Position numbers and translations under genes: made by a program
Shown here: positions 19,801 to 30,288 of the stretch, piece by piece
How the letters are laid out: each line of letters starts with the position of its first letter
Numbering within the stretch: position 1 is the first letter of the stretch
The notes under the pieces: model-generated
Database searches by the model: none
Seen by the model: only the letters and a program-made list of their open reading frames with translations
What the model was told of the DNA's origin: nothing
Source of the DNA: Patescibacteria group bacterium
GTDB taxonomy: Bacteria > Patescibacteriota > UBA1384 > XYA2-FULL-43-10 > 1-14-0-10-43-13
Length of the DNA: 64,000 bases
Direction: 5' to 3'
NCBI GenBank assembly: GCA_041671645.1
Contig: JBAZBD010000001.1
Location: 735,234-799,233 of the forward strand

Positions 19801-20355
19801 ATGATTTTTTATATAATTTTATTGGTCTTACTTTCCTTAGTCCTATTCCTGACCATGTTTTGGCAAATTTCTCTACTTTGGGCCGCAATCACAGGCGTGC
19901 CAATTGTCTATTCCTGGAAAGGAGCAGTTCTGGACTCCCTCAAATTGGCTGGTTTGAAATCTGGCGAGACGATTATCGACCTGGGCTCTGGTGACTGCCA
20001 AACATTGATCTTGGCGGCCAAGAAATTCGGTGCAAAGGGTATCGGCGTTGACCGTTCAATCTGGTGTTACCTCAAAGCTAAGTTGAATGTCTGGATGGCT
20101 GGGGAGTCAAAGAATATCCGCATTATCAGAGGCGATTTCAAAGATGTGGAAAAGGAGCTCAAAGCCGCCGACGTGGTATATGTTTATCTTCTAGATCAAG
20201 TCTTGGCACAAATTGAGAAGTGGCTCTTTGACTCAATCGGAGAGAAGACTCGCGTCGTCTCGCTTTCTTTCCTGTTCAAAGTCAGAAAACCTGTCGCCGA
20301 AGCAAACACTCGCAATCTCTATCAGGATACAAAAGCTCGACTTTATAGAAAATAA
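19801..20355 (+). CDS. SAM-dependent methyltransferase, membrane anchored
   Basis: IDLGSGD motif I; ADVVYVYL. Confidence 0.85.
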   Translation: MIFYIILLVLLSLVLFLTMFWQISLLWAAITGVPIVYSWKGAVLDSLKLAGLKSGETIIDLGSGDCQTLILAAKKFGAKGIGVDRSIWCYLKAKLNVWMAGESKNIRIIRGDFKDVEKELKAADVVYVYLLDQVLAQIEKWLFDSIGEKTRVVSLSFLFKVRKPVAEANTRNLYQDTKARLYRK

Positions 20356-20367
20356 CAAGAGGATCTT

Positions 20368-21087
20368 ATGGCCCTAATCGTAAGTCTCGCTACAATTATC
20401 AGCACTTTTCTGGGCGGTCTTTTCGCGATTAGATTCAAAGACAAATTGCATTTGATCCTCGGTTTTTCGGCCGGCTCCGTGATTGGTGTCGCCTTTTTTG
20501 ACCTGCTTCCGGAATCACTGGCTCTGGCCAGCGGCACATATAGCATTAACACCACCATGCTCCTGATTGCCTTCGGATTTGTATTTTATATGCTCCTAGA
20601 CAGAGCCTTTTCACTTCATGGCCATAGCCACGGTGAGCACTGCGAGAATCCAGATCATAGCGGAAAATTGGGTGCCTCAGCTTTGATCTTCCATAGCTTC
20701 CTGGACGGTCTTGTCATTGGCCTCGCTTTCAAAGTCTCCCCTGCAGTCGGCTGGATTGTAGCGGCCGCTGTCCTGGCCCATAGCTTCTCTGACGGAATCA
20801 ACACGGTCAGTATGATTTTGAAGGAGAAGGGCAGCAAGAAACAAGCACTCAAATGGCTGATTTTGGACGCTTTGGCTCCTGCTCTCGGTGTGTTAACCGC
20901 CCTTCTACTCAACGTGAGCGAAACCACACTTGGACTGATCCTGGCCGTATTCACAGGCTTCTTCTTCTACATCGGCGCCAGCGATCTGATCCCAGAAAGT
21001 CATCACCATCATCCCACATTTTGGACCACTTTCATGACCATACTCGGTATGGCCGTACTATACTTTGCAATCCGCCTCGCGCTCTGA
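20368..21087 (+). CDS. ZIP family metal transporter
   Basis: HSFLDG, HSFSDG, His-rich loop, DLIPE. Confidence 0.9.
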   Translation: MALIVSLATIISTFLGGLFAIRFKDKLHLILGFSAGSVIGVAFFDLLPESLALASGTYSINTTMLLIAFGFVFYMLLDRAFSLHGHSHGEHCENPDHSGKLGASALIFHSFLDGLVIGLAFKVSPAVGWIVAAAVLAHSFSDGINTVSMILKEKGSKKQALKWLILDALAPALGVLTALLLNVSETTLGLILAVFTGFFFYIGASDLIPESHHHHPTFWTTFMTILGMAVLYFAIRLAL

Positions 21088-21139
21088 CAATAAAAAACCG
21101 CATCGAATAGCTCAATGCGGTCGGTTTTGACTGTATAAT

Positions 21140-21937
21140 TTACAGTTTATTTTGGTGTCCGATCAGGGTGCCGACTTCTTCTCCTCGGGCAAACCGAAGA
21201 ATTGTGTTGTCGTCTGGCCCGGCGATGACAGTGAGGAACCCTTCGTTGGCTGCATTCACAGCTTGGAGAATCTTCTTGTTCATGCCGCCTTTGCCAGTAG
21301 TCTGACAATCTGCCAAGAGATTAAATGGGATGTCGTCACGGTCAATCTCGAGGTATTGGATCGCGTAAGGATCAGTCACTGGATTGCCAGTAAATACAGC
21401 ACCAGATTTTGTGATCAAGATCAGAGCCGAGGGCCTGATGATACGGCCAAGGAGCACTGCCAAATGATCGTTTTCGCTAACGCCAAGATTCATCGCCTTG
21501 ATCTCCTCGTCGGAGACGATATCGTTCTCGTTGATGATCGGCACGATGTTTCGAGCGAAACACTCCTCGATGTTGGTCAGAATCGTGCCATCTTCGGCTG
21601 TCAAATTGGCATAAGTGAGCCAAAATGGTGCGATCTCGTGGCCAAAGTTGGAAAACGCCGATCCCCAGAAATTGAGCAGATGCCTAGTCCCAATGCCAGA
21701 CAAAATCTTCTCTGGAATCGGAGCGGCATCTTGACCGATATCGGTCATGCGCTCTTTGCCTGCCTGAATCGCTCCCGAAGAAACGATAGCGACCTTGATG
21801 CCCTGAAGCATCAGAACAGCGACTTGTCGAGCGATATTAGCAAAAATTTCTGCTGATAATCGGCTCATTTCTCCCATCAAACTTTCGCGCCCAAATTTGA
21901 GCAACAGTATTTCTCCAGACTGCATTACTCGTCTCAT
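21140..21937 (-). CDS. proB: Glutamate 5-kinase (no PUA domain)
   Basis: LKFG, VSSGAI, PIINEND, END.LA, GGMNKK. Confidence 0.8.
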   Translation of the reverse strand: MRRVMQSGEILLLKFGRESLMGEMSRLSAEIFANIARQVAVLMLQGIKVAIVSSGAIQAGKERMTDIGQDAAPIPEKILSGIGTRHLLNFWGSAFSNFGHEIAPFWLTYANLTAEDGTILTNIEECFARNIVPIINENDIVSDEEIKAMNLGVSENDHLAVLLGRIIRPSALILITKSGAVFTGNPVTDPYAIQYLEIDRDDIPFNLLADCQTTGKGGMNKKILQAVNAANEGFLTVIAGPDDNTILRFARGEEVGTLIGHQNKL

Positions 21938-22030
21938 TGTGTGCCCCCTCAACAGAAAAATGGTCTTGCCAAGCAAGACCATCCAATTTACCACGAAATA
22001 CACTTTTTGGCAATAAAACGCCCCGCTTAA

Positions 22031-23185
22031 TTAAGCAGGGCAGGTAGCCTCCAAATTGACATATTGCGACATTTGTCGCATCCAGGGTGGCAGCTCACCA
22101 ATCAAACAGTGAATGCCAGCCTGGTTTAGGACTGGGTAATAACGGATCGGTGCCGATGTAGTCCAAATCTGGTCTTCACCAATAATTCCAGCGACGATCT
22201 CGGCTACCTCGTCCTCTCCGCTTGTCATCAATACTCGGCCTGATGATGGAGATTGATAAAAACAAAGAGATGCAGGGATATTGAGTGGCGAGGTAGGAAC
22301 GTGAATCTGTATCTCATTCTCGCCGCAAATTCTCCGATAAATTTCCAGGGTTTCTTTGTTCGTCATGAAACCAGAAATATTACGTATCCAGGCCTGTATC
22401 TTCGGATCGATTATAAGATGTGAACCGCCTGACCTGTCAGTAATCAGACCCATAAATAGATCGAGGTGATTGCCGAAATTGGCTGCCTTCGAGCGGACCT
22501 GTAGCGTTACTGGGGTGGGTAGAGCCACTGGTCTGATCCCAGAAACTCTGATGGAGCGACAGTCAGGTCTGACTATTTGATAAAATCCGTCTTTTTGCTT
22601 CGGATTTCTCTCCTCTGCGACGTTCTCCGGATAAATAGCCTTACCGCCCCCGATCGATGTCCGGCCTCCTTCGCCAAGATGGCTGACCATCACTTTGATC
22701 TTCTCGGTAGCCAATTTGTCGAAATTGTAAGGTTTGTTGTAACACACGAGTGTGTTACCGTCAGGCAGACAGACTGCCAAATCCCGCGGATACAAGAGCT
22801 TCACTTGGTTTATCTCGGGGAAATCAACGAATTCAAATCCGGCCTGTTCAAACCGACCGAGCATATCAGCCCAGTCCGGTTTGACATAAGCACGGATGAT
22901 ACTGAAATCTTCCCCCATCCGCATCAATGTCGCCGCAATCGTGCAGTATTCGAAATAGATAATCTCTCGTGCGCGTTCGATGTCTCCATCGATCTGCTCC
23001 AAAATCTTAAGACTGATTCCGAATTGTCCCCCAGGGTATTCGTAGTTTGTCCGAATCCGAGCGCCAAAGCTTGGCAAGCCAAGATATATGTCTGGTATGT
23101 ACTTCATTGCGTTTGCCTCCTCAACAGAAAAATGGTCTAGCAGTGCAAGACCATCCAATTTACCAGTAATCTGAGCTGAAGTCAA
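22031..23185 (-). CDS. Amidinotransferase/deiminase (pentein) superfamily protein
   Basis: YPRD, GEGG, HLD and C-terminal GIHCL motifs. Confidence 0.65.
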   Translation of the reverse strand: MTSAQITGKLDGLALLDHFSVEEANAMKYIPDIYLGLPSFGARIRTNYEYPGGQFGISLKILEQIDGDIERAREIIYFEYCTIAATLMRMGEDFSIIRAYVKPDWADMLGRFEQAGFEFVDFPEINQVKLLYPRDLAVCLPDGNTLVCYNKPYNFDKLATEKIKVMVSHLGEGGRTSIGGGKAIYPENVAEERNPKQKDGFYQIVRPDCRSIRVSGIRPVALPTPVTLQVRSKAANFGNHLDLFMGLITDRSGGSHLIIDPKIQAWIRNISGFMTNKETLEIYRRICGENEIQIHVPTSPLNIPASLCFYQSPSSGRVLMTSGEDEVAEIVAGIIGEDQIWTTSAPIRYYPVLNQAGIHCLIGELPPWMRQMSQYVNLEATCPA

Positions 23186-23195
23186 TCAATATCGT

Positions 23196-23271
23196 TGGTA
23201 CCCGCGAAGGGAATTGAACCCCCGACCTCTCGGACCGGAACCGAGCGCTCTATCCACTGAGCTACGCGGGC
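23196..23271 (-). tRNA. tRNA-Arg(CCG)
   Basis: Cloverleaf; CTCGG-TT CCG GT-CCGAG; CCA end. Confidence 0.95.
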
Positions 23272-23282
23272 AAATTATAATG

Positions 23283-23332
23283 ATCCACTGTCAGCCAGAG
23301 GCTGATCGGCCTTTGGCCGAAGCTACGCGGGC
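23283..23332 (-). repeat. Duplicate of tRNA-Arg(CCG) 5' end interrupted by 30-bp double hairpin
   Basis: GCCCGCGTAGCT[TCGGCCAAAGGCCGATCAGCCTCTGGCTGA]CAGTGGAT. Confidence 0.85.
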
Positions 23333-23393
23333 ATACCAAAACAAGACACCATCCATTTATACTTTAGAACTTGATAACTTTCAACTAATAGCG

Positions 23394-23846
23394 CTATTCT
23401 TCAGCAGCACGGTAGTCTTTGCGGAAGATTAGCTGCATGAACTCGATAATAATTCCGATTGCAGTACCAAGAGAAGAGGCGCCTAGAACTATTTTGGCCA
23501 GTCTGTCCCAATTGAAGCTCGAGTACATAGAAAAATCGAAAGGAAATACGAAAAAGAGAGACAGGAGGGCCAGGAAACCAAAAGTGTTCATGATCAGGCG
23601 CACGAAGCCATGGAACCATTTGGGATCGTGCAGGATCAGGAGTAGATAGCCAACGATCGCGGCAAGATACGACAGAGTCAGCATCCATTGGACTGAATTA
23701 AAATCTGAGGTCAGAAAAGGCACATGCCAGGCGAGCAAATTGCTCACGACCCAAATCATTATGGTGTTGGCTACAATAAGACTAGCATAGCCAGCCTTGC
23801 GAGCATGATTATATTTCGAACTATCTTTGGCAGTTTTCTTGGCCAT
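23394..23846 (-). CDS. Hypothetical 4-TM membrane protein
   Basis: Hydrophobic segments; VFPFDFS motif. Confidence 0.75.
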   Translation of the reverse strand: MAKKTAKDSSKYNHARKAGYASLIVANTIMIWVVSNLLAWHVPFLTSDFNSVQWMLTLSYLAAIVGYLLLILHDPKWFHGFVRLIMNTFGFLALLSLFFVFPFDFSMYSSFNWDRLAKIVLGASSLGTAIGIIIEFMQLIFRKDYRAAEE

Positions 23847-23990
23847 TCCCCTCCTTGTGTTATTGATAATATTTTAACCCAAAACGGAATAAATAAAAAG
23901 TTGCTGTTGACAGAAAACTACTTCGAGTCTAGATTATACCTATTGCCAATTATTCAATTGTGCATATTTATTTGTAAGAAGGATAATTAT

Positions 23991-24650
23991 ATGAGAGATA
24001 AGATTATTTTCGTGTTGATAGGGGCTGTTTTGATCTCGGGGCTTAGCTATGCGTTGATTAAAGGTCGGGTGAAATTGCCTACATCAAGTGTCGCATCCGA
24101 AAAAGCGGAAATATTGAAAGTAAAAGCAGACGATCATGTTCGCGGTAGTTTGGACGCGCCAATCACCATTGTCGAATATTCTGACTTCCAGTGCCCATAT
24201 TGTGTCAAATACGCCTTTACTCTCCAGGAAATCATGGTCGCTTATCCAGGCAAGATCAAATGGGTATTTCGTCACTATCCTCTGCCGTTTCACCAAGCAG
24301 CCAAGGGCGCTGGTATTTCGGCTGAAGCGGCCGGAAATCAGGGGAAATTCTGGGAGTACGCCGACATATTGTTTGAGAAATCACAGGCCGATGGCACGGG
24401 GCTGGCAAACGATGATTTCGTCCAATACGCACTACAACTCGGGATGGACGTAAATCAATTTAGTAGTGACGCCGCTGACCCGAAATATGAGCAAAAGATC
24501 AACAGCAACACTGCTGACGGAGATAAGCTCAAAATTACCGGCACTCCGGCCAGCTTCATGATCGACAGCAAGGGCAATATTCAGGATTTGACGGGCAATG
24601 TTCCCTACGATCAATTGAAACTAAAGATTGACGCGATACTAAATAAATAG
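23991..24650 (+). CDS. DsbA-family thioredoxin-fold protein
   Basis: EYSDFQCPYC, RHYPL, GTP; N-terminal anchor. Confidence 0.9.
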   Translation: MRDKIIFVLIGAVLISGLSYALIKGRVKLPTSSVASEKAEILKVKADDHVRGSLDAPITIVEYSDFQCPYCVKYAFTLQEIMVAYPGKIKWVFRHYPLPFHQAAKGAGISAEAAGNQGKFWEYADILFEKSQADGTGLANDDFVQYALQLGMDVNQFSSDAADPKYEQKINSNTADGDKLKITGTPASFMIDSKGNIQDLTGNVPYDQLKLKIDAILNK

Positions 24651-24769
24651 ATCGAATACGAAAAACAGCCAGTCATCTGGCTGTTTTTTTGATAAAAGTT
24701 ATGGACATAGCAAACATATTTTGCTAAGGTCAAGCCAGCCGAAAGGCAAATCTGTTTGAAAAGGAGGAA

Positions 24770-25198
24770 ATGATGAAATATTTCCTTTTACAAGGTGTCT
24801 TCTTCCAAGACGTGGCACGGCTTGGTGTCTCTCTGCGTTCCGGAGAAGCGAAAGCTGTTGTCAAAACCCAACAAGAGTATACGCTTTTCTCTGGCATCAT
24901 CCAGATTAATGACGATGCCGAAGAGACAACAGGCGAGCCTTGTGGCGCGATAATGGATGTGTACGGAGTAGCAGACATATCGCATCTCACTTTGACAGCG
25001 TCGACGTTCGTCTTCGGTAAACAGTATCGCGGTCGCCTCGACATGATTCGATACCACTTCAGTAAGGTGGGCAACGAATGGATCGGCTCATACAAGGGTG
25101 ACAGAGTCGGCACTGGTACTGCTCGATGTCATCTCACAGAAGTGAAGGAGGAATTCTTCACGCCACCACTCATTCCAAACCCAAGGCTAACAAAATGA
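24770..25198 (+). CDS. Hypothetical protein
   Basis: AGGAGG RBS; 142 aa ORF. Confidence 0.7.
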   Translation: MMKYFLLQGVFFQDVARLGVSLRSGEAKAVVKTQQEYTLFSGIIQINDDAEETTGEPCGAIMDVYGVADISHLTLTASTFVFGKQYRGRLDMIRYHFSKVGNEWIGSYKGDRVGTGTARCHLTEVKEEFFTPPLIPNPRLTK

Positions 25199-25202
25199 TT
25201 GT

Positions 25203-25790
25203 TCAGCCTTTTTTATTTGCAAACATTTTCCCGTGGCCAGGGATGATGAAATCGGCGAGATCTAATATTTTCTGACGATTCTTTTTGAGTAATTCTATAT
25301 CTTTGGCGTAGGGGTCAGGATGATTGGCCAGACTTTCACGGTCAATTTTCTGCCCCTCCCCATCTACCCACCAAAATAAGTCTCCGGCTACGGCGTAAGT
25401 TTTTCCTTCGACCTTGACAATAAATGAACGAGAATCTCCGCTGTGGCCAGGAGTTTTGATAATTTCTAGATCCAGCCCCAGGACTTGACCATCATAATAG
25501 GTCTGGCGATCGTTGTCATATAATTCTGTGGGCGTAACGATTTTGGCGTTTTCGAAAATCCCCGAAAGTAGTATGTGATCAGTATGATTGTGAGTTTGCA
25601 GGACAAAATCTATGTCCCCTGTTTTCAGATTATTTTCCGCCAAAGAGCTAATTAGTCTAGCACGATTGCAACCGGGATCAACTACAATATTTTTGTTGTC
25701 TAATTTAATCAAGGTAGTTGTAGAACTGGCGATCCAGCCACCTTCAATTTCATGGTCATAACCGTCAATTAATACTTTCACTTCTGTCAT
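25203..25790 (-). CDS. MBL-fold metallo-hydrolase
   Basis: THNHTDH, TPGHS, AGD, PGHG. Confidence 0.9.
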   Translation of the reverse strand: MTEVKVLIDGYDHEIEGGWIASSTTTLIKLDNKNIVVDPGCNRARLISSLAENNLKTGDIDFVLQTHNHTDHILLSGIFENAKIVTPTELYDNDRQTYYDGQVLGLDLEIIKTPGHSGDSRSFIVKVEGKTYAVAGDLFWWVDGEGQKIDRESLANHPDPYAKDIELLKKNRQKILDLADFIIPGHGKMFANKKG

Positions 25791-25872
25791 ATCATTCCTT
25801 CTTTATTTGCTTTGGGAGCGGGTTTGTAGTATAAAAATACTAACAATATATCTTGTACATTGGGGGAAAATC

Positions 25873-26061
25873 ATGAAACAGTGCATATGTTGCAAGTGCT
25901 ACTTGGATGCCAAAGACAAGTTTTGTTATTCATGCAAAACGAGGCAACCGCAAGCAGACAATTTCCCTATGAGCGGCCATCATGCCACAAGTAGACCCGT
26001 TGACCCAAATCGTGGGACTCAAGCGAAACGTTCCAAGTTTAAGCAAAGAATTATCTGGTGA
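25873..26061 (+). CDS. Small zinc-ribbon protein
   Basis: C-x2-C...FC-x2-C; GGGGG RBS. Confidence 0.5.
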   Translation: MKQCICCKCYLDAKDKFCYSCKTRQPQADNFPMSGHHATSRPVDPNRGTQAKRSKFKQRIIW

Positions 26062-26080
26062 TCACAATGGTGGTCACTTT

Positions 26081-26551
26081 TTATTTCTTGGCGTCTTTGG
26101 CTTTTTCGAACTTGAACCAGCCTAGCGCGAGAGCAAAAAGCATACCGACCGTCACGATGATAAAGCGGAATTTGACATCCTCGGTCATCATACCTCGGAT
26201 AATACCATAGATCAAAGTGAAGAGACTGCCCAACAAGATTCCGTTGGAAAAGACAATTATTTTATCGACTATTAGTAGACTGATGATCATGAGCAGTATA
26301 CTGGCCGACAGCGCGACGATAGAAACATTTCTGCTGTGCTTGGCCGCTCTCTCATTGTAGGCCTTTTGGATCTGGTCGAACTCCTTTTGAGCTTCGATTG
26401 TCGCTGGCGCAGTTCCCGTCTTGTCCACCGAATACTGCAGAGCCGCAGGCGTTTCGGGCGCTTTCTCCCCTGGATAGAAAACTTCGATTCCTAGACCGAT
26501 AAATAGAGCAACGATCGCCCCCAACAGGATTGAATACAAAACCTTAATCAT
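26081..26551 (-). CDS. Hypothetical membrane protein (paralog of next gene)
   Basis: MIKVLYSILLGA...FYP; 4 TM. Confidence 0.75.
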   Translation of the reverse strand: MIKVLYSILLGAIVALFIGLGIEVFYPGEKAPETPAALQYSVDKTGTAPATIEAQKEFDQIQKAYNERAAKHSRNVSIVALSASILLMIISLLIVDKIIVFSNGILLGSLFTLIYGIIRGMMTEDVKFRFIIVTVGMLFALALGWFKFEKAKDAKK

Positions 26552-26568
26552 ATTTCTCCTTTGTTATA

Positions 26569-27030
26569 TTATTTGGTCTCTAATTTCACAAATTTGATTA
26601 GGCCGATGATCTTAACGATTACCAAGCTTATAAGCGCAGCAAAGAAATTGAATTTTGAGGCAATTATGTAGGGGCTTGGAATGAATGTAAGATAGAGAAG
26701 AAAAACGCTTCCCACAGCCGCACCATTGTACAGTGGGGCAAATTTCGGAGAAGTGAAGAATATGCCGACCGCAATCAGAATCAAGCTGGCGAATAGTGCT
26801 AGGGCTAGGGAGACTTGAGCGTGGGTGTCGGAGGACTTGTTGTAATCAACGACCTTGATATCATATTCTGTCTGAGCCGATTGCTGAGCTGCTGTCAGAT
26901 CCTCCGATACGGCTTGGAGTTCTGTAGGATACTCTGGATAACTCGCGGCTGGATAGAACGTTTGAATCGCAAAATTAATAGTGATCGCGAGCAACGCCCC
27001 CAAAAAGATCGAGTAGAGTGCCTTGACCAT
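26569..27030 (-). CDS. Hypothetical membrane protein (tandem paralog)
   Basis: MVKALYSIFLGA...FYP; same architecture. Confidence 0.75.
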   Translation of the reverse strand: MVKALYSIFLGALLAITINFAIQTFYPAASYPEYPTELQAVSEDLTAAQQSAQTEYDIKVVDYNKSSDTHAQVSLALALFASLILIAVGIFFTSPKFAPLYNGAAVGSVFLLYLTFIPSPYIIASKFNFFAALISLVIVKIIGLIKFVKLETK

Positions 27031-27054
27031 AGAAACTCCTTCTTTATTATTCTC

Positions 27055-27612
27055 TTAGATTATATTCCGCAAGGCTTCCTCAAGCAAGTTTAGAGCTTTT
27101 TCGTAATACGGAGCGGCAAGCTCTTTTGCCTTCTTTGAGGAGATTCTCTCGTACATCCATCGGAATTTGTCTCGCATTTCCGAGCCTGGAACTTCGCCGA
27201 GGTGGCCGACGTGTCTAGGCGCATTTACTTCTAGATAGCTTAAAGAGTCTGCGTCTTTGAGCAGATTTTGATCGTCCGTCCCCCCAATTTCATGTTTTGA
27301 GATTATTTCTTTGACAGAATCAGCCAAACTGCTATCAGCAAACTCATGTATGATAAAATCATACATTATGGCCGCGCTTTTTTCTTGATGCTCGGTTAGC
27401 TGTTCTGGCTTTTCATACATTAATCTCATTCGATCGCCCTTGTCTTTTTTGAATGCTCGCTCGACATCATGGCCATAGGCGGCAATTTGCAGAGCCAAGC
27501 TAGCATCGGGCTTTAGCACGAACAACCAATGCAAAGTCTGAACATAATGTGCCTTCTTGCCCCCAAACGAGTCGTTAACGAATTTGACAGTCTTTTGTAG
27601 TGTGTCTTCCAT
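27055..27612 (-). CDS. HD-domain/DUF4202-like protein
   Basis: H...AAYGHDVER...H...HE...DADSLSY. Confidence 0.75.
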   Translation of the reverse strand: MEDTLQKTVKFVNDSFGGKKAHYVQTLHWLFVLKPDASLALQIAAYGHDVERAFKKDKGDRMRLMYEKPEQLTEHQEKSAAIMYDFIIHEFADSSLADSVKEIISKHEIGGTDDQNLLKDADSLSYLEVNAPRHVGHLGEVPGSEMRDKFRWMYERISSKKAKELAAPYYEKALNLLEEALRNII

Positions 27613-27620
27613 ACATGTAT

Positions 27621-28535
27621 CTAATTATTTAATAAATATGTGCCCAAGAATATAATGCCGATCGCTACAATTTTCTGCACCAAATTTCTCTTCGAGAGTG
27701 TTTCGTGAGCAAGTTTGGGAGTGAGGAGCGTTAAAATTACGCCGAAAAGCAAAACGAAGAATGGCTGGAGACCGTTGCTCACCACTGATACAACTGCAAG
27801 TGGCATAAGTAGCATGGCGAAAGTAAATATAAGTCCAGCGGCGACGTTGATAATTTCGTTGAAGAAAGTAATACTGAGAATGAAGGATTTGCTCTGACTG
27901 ATTATCTCGATGAAAACTTTCTTCCAGCTTGGGTTGAGGGAAAATACGACGAGACCGGCGATGAAAAGACCCAAGAAGTCCCAAAATTGCGTGTTCCAAT
28001 AGTTGCTCTCTACAGCCACATATTTGAAAGCCAGACCGTTCACCGCGGTGACAGCCGTGCAAAGAAGCATGGGTAGGATAACATGCATCTTGAACTTGAA
28101 TTTGTTGCCGACCGATTCAATGGTCAAGATCAGTGACCCTGCTATGACCAGTATGCAAGCAAATATTTGTCCACTGGTCAGATATTCATTTAGGAAAAAC
28201 ATCCCCAAAAAGTAGCGAAAAATTGGAATCAGCTGGAAAAGCGGGACGACAACCGAAGGGCTATCTTTCTTGAGAGCCAGCAGGTAAAGATACCCACTCA
28301 GGAAACTGGCCGCCCCAGAGACAAGCATGATCAAAGCTGACTTGGGGTCCGTAGAGATGGAGCCAAAACGAAAAAGCAAAACGTAAAGAGAAACTAATAT
28401 TCCAAAAAATGAGGTAAATAACATAAAAGGACCGCCGTCGCGGTTCTTGAAAAACTTGCCCAGAATATATTTGTCGATATGATTCGAAAGCGCCCAGAGG
28501 GCTGGTGGAATAATAGAAAATATTAGCCAATTCAT
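27621..28535 (-). CDS. EamA/DMT family transporter
   Basis: About 10 TM; FFLNEYL and HETL repeats. Confidence 0.85.
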   Translation of the reverse strand: MNWLIFSIIPPALWALSNHIDKYILGKFFKNRDGGPFMLFTSFFGILVSLYVLLFRFGSISTDPKSALIMLVSGAASFLSGYLYLLALKKDSPSVVVPLFQLIPIFRYFLGMFFLNEYLTSGQIFACILVIAGSLILTIESVGNKFKFKMHVILPMLLCTAVTAVNGLAFKYVAVESNYWNTQFWDFLGLFIAGLVVFSLNPSWKKVFIEIISQSKSFILSITFFNEIINVAAGLIFTFAMLLMPLAVVSVVSNGLQPFFVLLFGVILTLLTPKLAHETLSKRNLVQKIVAIGIIFLGTYLLNN

Positions 28536-28663
28536 AGACAAATTATACGCTGAATGGGCTTCGTTTTCAATTAAAATACTCTCGCGGATATCGAAGGGAG
28601 CCAAATTGTGATATAAACCCTGCTTGACTTCATCTCGCTTTCGTTATCTGCTAAAATGGATCT

Positions 28664-29461
28664 ATGAACAAGTATTTCAAATACTTTTTGACCTCGATGA
28701 AGGTCAACACCGCCTATACTGGCAATTATTTTCTGCTGGTCACTTTCGACCTGGTCTACTTTTTTGTATTTTTCTCACTTTGGACCTCTGTGTATAAGTC
28801 TGGAAATATCGTCGAGATCTCCGGCTATACACTGTCGGGAATTATTTCATACTATTTCATATCAGAGATTATATTTAAGTTCGCCGATGTGATGAGCTCG
28901 ATATATCTGAACTGGCAAATTTGGTCGGGTTACCTTACAAACGATCTGATCAAGCCATGGAATGTTTTGTCGATCAGTTACATTGATGCTTTTAGCGAAA
29001 AGATCATTAATTTAATCGTCTCACTCCCTGCCACTGTCGTCATGTTCCTTATCGCCAGAGAATTTATTATCTTACCGACAGGCATTAATACTCTCTATCT
29101 CGTAGTCACCATTGCCCTGGGCTTTGTGATGAATTGCGCTTTCAATCTTTGCATCCACGTCCTCTGTCTCAAATTTGGCGATCAAGAATCAAATATCGAG
29201 CTAGCAAACTTTCTGGCCATGTTCTTGGCTGGCGCGTTCTTCCCACTGGCCTTCCTCCCAGTGAAAATTGAGTTTATATTTTCACTCTTGCCGTTCAAAT
29301 ATATCTTCTACGTCCCAGCCAATATTTTTCTTAACAAAATGAACCTTCATGACATTATCATCGCTTGGGCCATGATAATTATGTGGACCCTTGTTTTCAT
29401 CTTGACTTACAAAGTAATTTACAGAAAAACTATAAAATATTACTCAGGAACCGGACGATGA
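28664..29461 (+). CDS. ABC-2 family permease
   Basis: G.L...LIKP, LAGAFFPL, LPF motifs. Confidence 0.85.
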   Translation: MNKYFKYFLTSMKVNTAYTGNYFLLVTFDLVYFFVFFSLWTSVYKSGNIVEISGYTLSGIISYYFISEIIFKFADVMSSIYLNWQIWSGYLTNDLIKPWNVLSISYIDAFSEKIINLIVSLPATVVMFLIAREFIILPTGINTLYLVVTIALGFVMNCAFNLCIHVLCLKFGDQESNIELANFLAMFLAGAFFPLAFLPVKIEFIFSLLPFKYIFYVPANIFLNKMNLHDIIIAWAMIIMWTLVFILTYKVIYRKTIKYYSGTGR

Positions 29462-30246
29462 GAAAATTCTGGAGAATAAATCTTATTATTTGGCGAAACG
29501 CCTTGATCCGAGATTCGAAGATCTCTGGCTTTATTTTGTCGAGCATTATTTTCCAAGTTTTGGATATCGTGAACTCGGTAGTGTTTATCCTTCTAATCTT
29601 CATGCACACCAAGACTTTGGGCGGATGGGATATATACCAAGTTCTCTTCCTCTATGCCTTCTCGCAAACAATCAGTATCATACACGGGGCGTGGACCAAG
29701 GGCGGCCTCAACTCGCTCGCAAACGAGCTAATCCGGCTTGGCGACTATGATTTTTACCGGACAAAACCATTTGATGCGATGACACTGGTCTCGATCAGCA
29801 AACCGAGAGCCTATGCCTTGATCAAACTATTGTTTAATTTTTCGATCCTGATCTTCGCCCTGGTTCACTGTGGACCATTGCCGCTAATCAATTATTTTTG
29901 GTTTTTGATTTTATTCATACTTTCCTTCTTCCTTTACTACGCCATCAAAATTGTCACCGTCGTTCCGTCGTTTTGGGTGATCAAGAGTTGGGGGCTGACC
30001 GATTTGATGGATAAGCTCTCCAATCTGATGCGCTATCCCGCTAGTGTCTATCCCTGGCTTCTCAATTTCCTGCTCTCGACCGTTTTTCCAATTTTGGCCA
30101 TTACATATTTGCCGGTTAAGACTCTGCTATTCGAGCCAAAGTTAAGCCAGATCGCCTATATGTTTGCGCTTACAGCGATATTCATGCTGATCGCCAGACT
30201 TATCTGGCGCCTGGGAGAAAAACGCTATGGCAGCGCATCCAGTTAG
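29458..30246 (+). CDS. ABC-2 family permease
   Basis: LGGW, GDYDFYRTKP, RYPASVYP. Confidence 0.85.
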   Translation: MRKFWRINLIIWRNALIRDSKISGFILSSIIFQVLDIVNSVVFILLIFMHTKTLGGWDIYQVLFLYAFSQTISIIHGAWTKGGLNSLANELIRLGDYDFYRTKPFDAMTLVSISKPRAYALIKLLFNFSILIFALVHCGPLPLINYFWFLILFILSFFLYYAIKIVTVVPSFWVIKSWGLTDLMDKLSNLMRYPASVYPWLLNFLLSTVFPILAITYLPVKTLLFEPKLSQIAYMFALTAIFMLIARLIWRLGEKRYGSASS

Positions 30247-30288
30247 TTTAAAGTAAAAAGTTAAAAGTATAAAGTTAATAAGGAATAT

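Noticed and set aside
23214-23432. 72-aa ORF MNPRPLGPEP...
   Set aside because: Antisense translation of tRNA-Arg(CCG) and its duplicate
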